A stretch of 63,325 nucleotides of DNA, counting the filler, from Saprolegnia diclina VS20 (lineage: Eukaryota), in NCBI RefSeq assembly GCF_000281045.1. It is 3 parts of one record of this genome, joined end to end, with 100 filler letters (N's around TTAATTAATTAA, not from the genome) between each part and the next. Parts side by side here need not be neighbours in the genome. Positions count along the whole stretch, not along the records: positions 38,260 to 63,325 come from NW_008246074.1; 2 more parts are not named here. One strand, given 5' to 3'. Within the stretch, counting starts at the first letter, position 1, and each line of letters starts with the position of its first letter. Positions 54,806 to 63,325 of the stretch are shown here, piece by piece. The notes below the pieces were generated by a model. The model saw only the letters and a list, made by a program, of their open reading frames with translations. It was not told the DNA's origin and did no database searches. A program made the translations under genes and the position numbers.

Positions 54806-57800
54806 CTATGCTACCGTCTCGATCTCTTCCTCAATCGGGTCGTCTGTCCCACACAAGTCGAGATGGTGGCGGACTCGAGCGTCGTCAACGTCGTCGTGTG
54901 TCGTTAGGTCTTCGACGATCTCGTCGTCACAGCTCGTGGAGGCTGCTTCGTTTCCATTCGTGGAGATTACGGAGGCGGAGTGCCGTGTGGGCTTTGGCGG
55001 GGAGCGGCGCGGCGCCGGCGACGCCGCCACTGTCCCGTGCCGGAGCGGGCTCGTCTTGGCGTTGAACGAGCTGGACCGGTGCTTTGGCGGGCTGTGCCGG
55101 AGACTCCGCTTGCTAAACTTGTACGAGGGTGACTCAGCGACGATGCGACAAAGTGTACATCTACCTCGAACGTGGCACTGGACACTAGCGCGACGAGGCC
55201 GTGGTCCGTACACACTTGAATAAAGGCGTCGGCGGTGATGGCGTACGACGGGTCTTGGCCGAGCACGAGCGCCTCTCGAAACATCCGCAAGAGCCGGCGC
55301 TCGTTAAAGTGGGGTGCGCGCGGCTGGAGAATCGCACAAAACTCGGCGAACGACAGTACGTGGTCGTGGTTGACGTCACCCTAGTGTCAAGAAGACGCAT
55401 GAAAACTAAACATGCTCCGACCCCAACGTTCTACGAGTCCTAGCATTCTCAAACGGTCGTACCGAATCAAAGAGCTCGGTCAGCTCCATCTCGATGCCTT
55501 TCGTGCGCATGAGCAGCACGTCGACGATGAGCTCCAAGACAACGTGCACGCTCACGACGACAACATCGCGCCGGCGCACGGGCTCATCTCCGCCAGTGCG
55601 GCTCGTTTCAGTGCCCAACATGGCCAGACGCATCTGTGCGCGGACAGCGAGCTGGTTACCTGTCGTGTCGGTGATGGTGCCATGGAGTAAGATCCCCGTG
55701 CAGTGCTCGAGCTAGGATGCCGACAGACCATCGTCGCTGACCATCGTGTTTGTATATTTGCGTACCTGTCGACAGTAGATATGCCGCTTCTCGTCTGGCA
55801 AGTAGCTGAGGTACCACTTGAGTAGGCGAATGCCGTACTCCAGTGCAACCCACTTGGTGCTAATGCCGTTGACCGACACGAGATGATCGGTGCCGAGCTC
55901 GGGGTGGTGCAAGGCGTTGTGCCTACAGCAAAAGAGCTGAGGCCTTGTCACCTCGGTATGATGTCACGACGGACCGTGCATCCAAGAAGACGCGGAGGTA
56001 GCTCTGGTTGAGACACTGTTGCGGTGGCACACCGAGTGCGTTGAGCTCCATCTTGGAGGCCTGGGCCTTCTCGTCAATGTCGGGGTCGAAGCGGTACTGG
56101 CGCTGCTCGGCTTCGTCGCGATCGAGCAACTGAAGAAAGCGAGCAAACAAATGCAGCGCCGGCGACGTTAAATAGAGCGCTTTGATCGAAATCAGCAGCT
56201 TGTAGAGCTGCACCTCGGCGAGTTGCCGCCCTTTGCAGCTCTTGAGATAGTACTCGGCGACGAACTGGTCGAGCGGCTGGTACGCGACGCCGTCGGCCGC
56301 GTCGAGGCAGTCAGCTTCGTACTTGGCATCGTAGAGCTCTTCGATGTGCTGCAAAAGCTCTTGCAGCGAGTAGCGCTCGATCGCGACCACGGTTTTTGGC
56401 AAATTGGCCAGAAAGTGTTTGATGGAGTTGGGCAGTCGCCACTCTTTGGCAGCTGCACGGCTCCACCGTTTTCGCTTTTGCTTGACTGTCCACACGGTCT
56501 GGTACTACCGGTGCTTGTATAGCAGACAGATTGTACACAAAGACAAACGTACAGCTTCGTCCACCTCGGTCGGCGCGCGCGTGGGCAGCGGTCGGCCATG
56601 ACAGTTTTTGCATCGAACAAAAGCGTGGAAGCGCCGCCACATGATGCGCGCTCGCACACTCGTCGAGACGGTCGTTGGGACACCGTCCTACTCGATTTAT
56701 GCTGCGCGCCAAGTTGTATGCAAATTGCGACCTGAATGTCCCAGAGACCGTCGTCGTCGGTGATCGTCTCCGTTGATGCGTCGGCGCGCGGGCGGAAATG
56801 ATTGAAGTAAGGCGAGTCGGGCGACGGCTCGTGCGCGTGGTGGATCTCTTCGACGGCTTTGGTGTACGCCTCCTTGTATTTTCTACACCGTCCAACCGTT
56901 TACGAAAGAAGCATTGGAAGGGGCGGCAGACCGCGCTTCTTCGATAATGCGTCCGTGCTCGGTCTTGGTCTGCACGTCGAGAAAGTGGGCGTGGCGCGTC
57001 AACGTCTCTTCTTTGGCCTGCCATGGAAAATGTACACATTGTCATCCTGTGCAACGATATACTGTACTTGAATCGTATCTTCGCGCTTTTGCAAACTCTC
57101 TTCGCGCTTGTCACAGGATAGTTTGAATCGCTTGAGCTCACGGTACTCGTCTTGCTACAACCACGGACGATATTAGAGGTATCGAATTGGCGAATAAACG
57201 TACGAGCTCGAGCCACGTAGCTTCGAGCGCTTGAAGCGAGTGGTTGTGAAATTCGAGGTCCTGGATCGTGACGCGCTGCGTTTGCAGCAGCACTTCTTTG
57301 GCTTCCAAGTGGTGCGTGAGCACCCGAATCGACTCTTCGTGCTCTTGGATGAGGCGGCTTTGGTTCAAAATCTCCAGCTTCTGGTCGTGTCGCTCTTTGG
57401 CGTGCTCGGCCCGGTACGTGTAGTAGAAGCGCATCGCGGCTTCGAGGACGCGCTCAAACAAAACGACGTACGAGCCTTTGAGTTTGAGCAAAATCTTTCC
57501 GAGTTCGCGGCGGTGCGACAAGACGGACGTGGCAACCTCGTGAAATTGATGTGTGAGGTCCTGCACACTTTGCATCTAGTAGATCCATGAGGCCGAGCAT
57601 GGAGACGACATGCATACCACAAGCACCAAGTCGGGGTCGGACGCCAAGTGCTTGACTTCGTCCGCGTGGGCGGTGGTGCTGCCGCCGACCACCGCCGCGG
57701 GAAGATACCGACCCGTCACTCGGTGCAAAAGCGTGTTGGTGTAGTGGAAGAGCTCGGTGGATTCGGGCACTGGGCTCGGCGGATGCTCGGGCAGGGATGC

Positions 57801-57917
57801 TTTCGACCGCACCGGTTGCTCGAGCTTGGCCAACGTCGCCTGCAGCGGCGTGCCTGCTGGAAAGATGGCGGTGGGCAGCACCGAGGCCGACCGAGTCCCT
57901 TCGTTGTTGCGCTTCAT
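54806..57917 (-). CDS. Coiled-coil/helical protein, TSNAXIP1-like (possibly flagellar), multi-exon
   Basis: HRRELGKILLKLKGSY followed by coiled coil; LLQHIEELYDAKYEAD...LDQFVAEYYLK...LHLFARFL; LFDSVRPF; RMFREAL. Family assignment tentative. Confidence 0.6.
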
Positions 57918-58018
57918 GCTTCTTGGAACGGTAATGTGATGGTTTCAAGCGCCAAGACAAGCGAGTTTTGCATCGTTGTATATTATGTGCAATATTGCAT
58001 GAGCTATAGAATATGAAT

Positions 58019-59197
58019 TTACGTCCGCTTATTGACTTGGTTGGCGTACGGTCCACCCGCGGCGACCGCCTTGATGTTGTCCATCGTCGTTTTCGCAATG
58101 TTGTCGAGCGCTTCGCGCGTAAAGTACGCCTGGTGGCCCGTGATGAGCACGTTCGGGAAGGTAAAGAGCTTGGCGAAATTCTCGTCGGCCAGAATTTCGC
58201 CCGAGTGGTCTTCGTAAAAGATACCGTTCTCGCCTTCAATGACGTCCAACGCGACGCTGCCAATGATGTCACTCGTGAGACCGCGAATGATCGCCTCCGT
58301 GTCCATCAGTCCGCCGCGGCTCGTGTTGATGAGCATCACACCCTTCTTCATTTTGGAGATCGCAGAGTCGTTGATCACGTGGTGCGTCGACGGGAAGAGC
58401 GGGCAGTGGAGCGAGATAATGTCCGAGGCGGCGAGCACTTCGTCCAAACTCGCGTACTTGACGCCATAGCTCAGAGCTTCCGGGTTTGGGGCGACGTCGT
58501 AAGCAAGCACGTTGCAGCCAAAGCCCGTGGCGATCTTGGCAAAGAGCGCGCCAATCTTGCCGGTACCAATAACGCCGACTGTCTTGCCGTGCAGATCAAA
58601 GCCAAGGAGGCCTTGGAGGTTGAAGTTGAAGTCGCGCGTCCGGTTGTAGGCGCGGTGGTACTTGCGGTTAAGCGTCATCATGAGACCGGCCGCGTGCTCA
58701 GCGACCGCGTACGGCGAGTACGACGGCACGTTTAAAATGGGCATATCGAGGTTCTTGGCAGCGGCCAAGTCGACCATGTCGAACCCCGCCGAGCGCAGCA
58801 AGACGGCCTTGACGCCAATGTCTTTAAACTACGACATAAGGAATGTGAAAAAAAGTTTGGCATAAGATGGGGTTGCGTGTACCTTGCGCAAGACGGGGGC
58901 GTCGACTGTGTCGTTGACAAAAGCTACGGCAATGTCGCACTCGCTGGCCAACGGCGCTGTCGAAATGTTGAGCCGATGCGGAAAGAAGCTAATGCTGCGT
59001 GAGATTTCTCGACAATTGCAACGGCAGATGTACCGGAGGTCGCCATGGATGCCTTCCTTCTTGGCCATGGCTTGCATCGACTCGGTGTCGTAGCTGTGGG
59101 CGGAAAAGAACGCAATCTTCATCGGGTCCGCGGCTGTCGTGGAGAGCCGACGCACCGTCGGCGTCCGCAGCAGCGGCTTGACAAGACCTCGTAGCAT
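58019..59197 (-). CDS. ldhA: NAD-dependent D-lactate dehydrogenase (LdhA type) with mitochondrial-type presequence, 3 exons
   Basis: MLRGLVKPLLRTPTVRRLSTTAADP-MKIAFFS; AFVND; LRSAGFD; VPSYSPYAVAEHA; GTGKIG; SLHCPL; NTSRG; DVIEGE; TGHQAYFTREAL. Confidence 0.93.
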
Positions 59198-60235
59198 TTC
59201 GCCGTGTTGAAAAATGAATCGAAAAGCGTCTTTGGATCGCTTTCGACGGCGCTTTCTTTGCTCGCGTGGGACTCGGCGTCGACGCTGCGTGTCTGCGCGC
59301 GACAATAGGTACTCACGCCCGTTAAATAGTGTATCATGAAGTCTCTTGTTGAGATGTGCACAACGTACACTATTTACAACCCTGCGCGCTCGGCTCGCCA
59401 CGTTTTGCGTCCGGCTCGAAGGTGAGCATGTGAGGCGGCTCCGTCGTAGGCGCCCCTGCAAGTGCAAAGTGAAGTGCAAACTCAAAAGCAAACTCTAGAG
59501 CAAACTCAAAAGCAAAATAGAAACGAGCGTGTTTTTGGACTGGATGCGTCGACTTGATCGTTGTATGGACGACGAGACGCCGCTTCGCGCTTCAACGTAG
59601 CAGCAACAAGCACGCAGCGCCGCTGATGCCAACTGGCGCCATAGTCCTACACTTTTCACGGTCGAGGCGGTAGCGGCTCGCCGCGAAGGTGGGTGCGTAC
59701 GCCGTAGCGATGGTCATCTTGCCTCTTGTGGTAACGAGCTGTTCCTCTCCAGGTATGCTCTGATTGGGAAGACAGAGAAGAAGAACTCTCGGGGCAAGCT
59801 CTCGGGGCATGATTCCAGTTCTCGCTCTCTGTGTCTTCTATGCTGACCGTGCGCACGGGCTGTTGCTAAGCGCCCAAGGGTCGTGCTATGCCGTAGTGGT
59901 TTTCGTCAACACTAGGACCTCACGGCAAGACGGATCATTCGAAGACTACATTCATATCGGGTATGACTAAAGAAGTCCCTCTGTGCTATTCCACGTAGAC
60001 GACAACCAGATAAGGACATCCAATCTGTACCCTTTCTGCGTCCTGGCTTGCTTTGCGGCATGGCTCATCTGCGGTACTCGAACGTGTTTGTGCTGGTCGA
60101 CCCGCCGCGTCAAACTCTTTAGTCTCTTCCTGAAAATGGCCCTCGACGGCGACAACCAGGGATGCGGCGCAGGAAACCCATTGTTGACATGTAATACGTG
60201 CACTAGTACTTATTAAAATCGTTTGGTTGCTCTGT

Positions 60236-60689
60236 TTAGGCGACGCTGTCAAGATCGACCGTGTCGAATCCCACGGAGCGAAGCATAACGGACCGTACGC
60301 CGACTTCCTTGAGCTATTGACAGCAACGATCCTCAGGATACATGTAGTCACCGCTATCACACACCTTTTTCAGCACGGGGGCGTCCACAGTGCCGCTCAC
60401 AAAGTCGACGGCAATGTCAAAGTCCTTGGCCATCGGCGCCGTGCCCAAGCTTAGTCGGTGCGGAAAAAAGCTATCCATGTTGCCCATGAGCTCGCCCTAT
60501 ACATATAGTGCCGTACTGGAGTTCGTGCTGGATGTCCTCCTTGGCAGCCATGGCTTGCATCGTCTTGGTGTCGTAGTTGGCGTCCGAGAAGAAGGCGATG
60601 CGCATCGCAGCCGGGGCCTTTGTCGAAAGCGATGCGGTGCGGAGCGCACGCGCCATGACGGGCTTGGCAGCAGCGAGGCTCTTCAACAT
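60236..60689 (-). pseudogene. 3'-truncated D-LDH copy; spliced ORF of 118 aa (presequence plus N-terminal substrate-domain part)
   Basis: Exons 60689-60517, 60470-60365, 60313-60236 splice in frame: MLKSLAAAKPV...MRIAFFSD...FFPHRL...DFVSGTVDAPVLKK|LKEVGVRSVMLRSVGFDTVDLDSVA*. Confidence 0.82.
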
Positions 60690-61378
60690 GAGGCAAGTGG
60701 GGGGCTGGTGGCAGAAGCAAGAATGGCACATCCCTCGACGCGCCAGCGCGCGCCGCGACGTTTTTGAAGACGTGGGATCTCACGACCGAGTTGTCTCGTG
60801 TTTCTGACCCGTCGCCATGGAAGATACTCGGTGTCGAGAATAGTGTCAGGTGTCGACACGGGACGCGGGCGATCAAGTAGCATATCATACTCCAAACCAA
60901 TACAATTGGCTCGGTCGTTCCGACGGTCACCCTGTACATTGCGGTAGAAGGTCCGACGATGCGGGAATCTAGTGTTTTCCAGCGCTGGATCACGGGAGAT
61001 TGGCTTGGGCGACGGCGTCGCGCGCACGTAAAAGGTGCAGGACCAAGCATGCCGCCCACGGATCACACTATTTGCGACGCCGCGGCCTCTATGTGGTCAA
61101 GGTGGCCTATTCCCAGCTTCTCAGCTCACATGCCAGACGAAATAAAGCGTGAAAAAGTCCCTCCATTGTTGACTGCTACCGCTTGTCGAGCACTGGTCGA
61201 TGGCGGCAACCGAATTGGCTTCTCGGGCCTCCAGAACAGTCCGACGGATATCGTCCAGATACGATGGGGACGGGACACGCGGCATGACGGATTCAAGTCC
61301 GCCGTTTCATGAGCGTTTCAACACAGACATCGATCGATTTAGAATAAGAAGATGACAAAATGTATTATGTGCAAAACT

Positions 61379-62170
61379 TTACTGCTTCTTGACCTCGTTG
61401 ACGAACGGCCCGTCGGTCTCGAGCGCCTTGATGTTGTCCATCGTCGTCTTGGCGATGTTGCTCAATGCCTCCTTCGTGAAGAAGGCCTGGTGGCCCGTCA
61501 CGAGCACGTTGTGGAACGTAAAGAGCTTGGTGAAGTTCTCGTCCGCCATGATCTCGCCCGAGTGGTCTTCGTAAAAGATACCATTCTCGCCCTCAAAGAC
61601 GTCCAACGCGACGCTGCCGATCTTGTCGTTCTTGAGGCCGCGGATGAGCGCCTTGGTGTCGATCAAGCCGCCGCGGCTCGTGTTGATGAGCATGACGCCC
61701 GTCTTCATCTTGGCGATGCTCTCTTCGTTGATCACGTGGTGCGTGGACGGGAAGAGCGGGCAGTGGAGCGAGATGATGTCGGAGCGCTCAAAGAGCTCAT
61801 CGAGCGAGACGTACTCGATGCCGTAACTCAAGGCCTCGGCGTTCTCGTAGACGTCGTAGGCGATGACCTTGCAGCCAAAGCCCGTGGCGATCTTGCCAAA
61901 GAGCGCGCCAATCTTGCCGGTACCGACGACGCCGACCGTCTTGCCGTGGAGATCAAAGCCGAGGAGACCTTGGAGCTTAAAGTTGAATTCGCGGGTCCGG
62001 TTGTAGGCGCGGTGGTACTTGCGGTTGAGCGTCATCATGAGGCCGGCCGCGTGCTCAGCGACAGCGTACGGCGAATACGCAGGCACGCGGAGAACCGTCA
62101 TGCCGAGCTCAGCGGCGACGTCGAGGTTGATCATGTCAAAGCCGGCGCAGCGAAGGAGGACGGCCTTGAC
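61379..62170 (-). CDS. ldhA: Third D-LDH copy; 5' part lost in gap 62171-62408
   Basis: LRCAGFDMINL..VPAYSPYAVAEHA, GTGKIG, NTSRG, DVFEGE, TGHQAFFTKEAL. Confidence 0.92.
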   Translation of the reverse strand, partial: VKAVLLRCAGFDMINLDVAAELGMTVLRVPAYSPYAVAEHAAGLMMTLNRKYHRAYNRTREFNFKLQGLLGFDLHGKTVGVVGTGKIGALFGKIATGFGCKVIAYDVYENAEALSYGIEYVSLDELFERSDIISLHCPLFPSTHHVINEESIAKMKTGVMLINTSRGGLIDTKALIRGLKNDKIGSVALDVFEGENGIFYEDHSGEIMADENFTKLFTFHNVLVTGHQAFFTKEALSNIAKTTMDNIKALETDGPFVNEVKKQ

Positions 62171-63325
62171 NNNNNNNNNNNNNNNNNNNNNNNNNNNNNN
62201 NNNNNNNNNNNNNNNNNNNNNNNNNNNNNNNNNNNNNNNNNNNNNNNNNNNNNNNNNNNNNNNNNNNNNNNNNNNNNNNNNNNNNNNNNNNNNNNNNNNN
62301 NNNNNNNNNNNNNNNNNNNNNNNNNNNNNNNNNNNNNNNNNNNNNNNNNNNNNNNNNNNNNNNNNNNNNNNNNNNNNNNNNNNNNNNNNNNNNNNNNNNN
62401 NNNNNNNNTCGATAGAACAGGCACTGGCTCGAGCGGCGGCTGGTAGCGTGGCTACGCCGCCCTAAGCAAATGGCCTTGATTTACTTGGATGCAACAGTCG
62501 CGGCTCTGCATCAGCAGGGTACGTGACTTGCTTCGTGTCTTTATGGAGATCCTTCCTGTCGCACCCAATGACGTGGCGTCACGTGCGGCCTGGAATCCAT
62601 CGGGCCATATGGCGCCCTGTCGCATATGGCGATGGGATCAGCATTTCAGTGGCTCGTGTCTTTGTGCGAATGCGTCTGTGCCACAAGAACTCGCCAACGA
62701 CTGCTTGATTTCTGCGCGACAGGTGCGTGATGCGCTCACCGGATTTACGTCAGGTGGCTTGTCCGCGTATCTTTCTGGTTGGAACTGAGACGCATTCGAA
62801 CGCCTCTTATGCGAGGCTGCAGCATTTGGGAGAGGCGCGCGACAGGCTGTGCACCAAGCCTGACGTGGTTACGCACTACGTGATGCAAATACAGCGCAAC
62901 GGACGAGGATAGCGACGCGATACAAAAGACACGGCACAGCGATCCTCACCTGCGCCAAGGGCTACGACCAGCGTTTCGTACAAAAGGTGCGCTTCCTAGC
63001 GCACATCTACGGCACACACGACATCGAGTCAAGCCATCGCTTCGTTGCGGTCGATCCATGCGCGATGCCGGGAGCCGCTCCCAAAAGGCTTCTCTACCTT
63101 TTGCTATACCGTGTTCCTCGCTCGCCACACCAACGTTTTCACCGTCCTTGAGCTTGTTCCCCTCAAAATGCTCTTGCATCCGCTCGAGCATCTTGCATTG
63201 GCCATGACCGGTGGAGCACCGGGTCGTTTTTCGCATCGCCCGTCGATGGGATCATCACAACATCGCAGTGCATTCGACAGGTTTCCTGAATGCTATCGAC
63301 AGGCAGCGCCATCCCACGAATGTAT

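Noticed and set aside
4245..59197. Apparent clustering of mitochondrial genes (PPR, HPR, AFG1, LDH) and flagellar-type genes
   Set aside because: They are dispersed among unrelated genes and across linker-joined contigs; no evidence of a functional cluster.
59592..60216. Short hydrophobic ORFs between the LDH copies
   Set aside because: No consistent exon chain or recognisable motif.
62409..63325. Short ORFs after the last gap (e.g. 62946-63236)
   Set aside because: No recognisable homology or coding signature; cannot support a gene.

Overview
This is eukaryotic DNA with short GT-AG introns (about 40-60 nt), INR/FPR-like and CCAAT promoter motifs, and a gene content typical of an oomycete, probably Saprolegniales (inference). 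It is a draft assembly with five N-gaps, two carrying the artificial TTAATTAATTAA linker. About 28 genes or gene fragments are present. Transport and metabolism: two near-identical, divergently oriented PHO84-type phosphate transporters; DPH7; an AFG1 ATPase; a three-copy D-lactate dehydrogenase array (one full copy with a mitochondrial-type presequence, one cleanly truncated, one cut by a gap). Nucleic-acid related: a degenerate 3'-5' exonuclease/Ycf45-type AAA ATPase fusion split by a 20-bp duplication; a PPR protein ending in a CaaX box; an HPR/OPR-type repeat protein; a WRKY19-like zinc finger. Surface and signalling: a large FN3/Gly-rich/Kelch/P-domain protein; a Cys-rich repeat protein; a membrane-anchored thaumatin split by a 53-bp duplication; a claudin-like protein; a tandem class III pseudo-cyclase. 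Others: UPF0489, FAM221, an ODA-docking-type coiled coil, a 1242-aa coiled coil, a TPR protein, and a pair of unrecognised membrane paralogues with shared exon structure. A 593-bp TA-flanked MITE with an internal 60-bp hairpin is also present. No rRNA, tRNA or CRISPR array was recognised. The best candidates for new biology are the exonuclease-Ycf45 fusion, the mitochondrial D-LDH array, the PPR-CaaX protein and the unrecognised membrane family. Multi-exon coordinates are gene spans read by eye.
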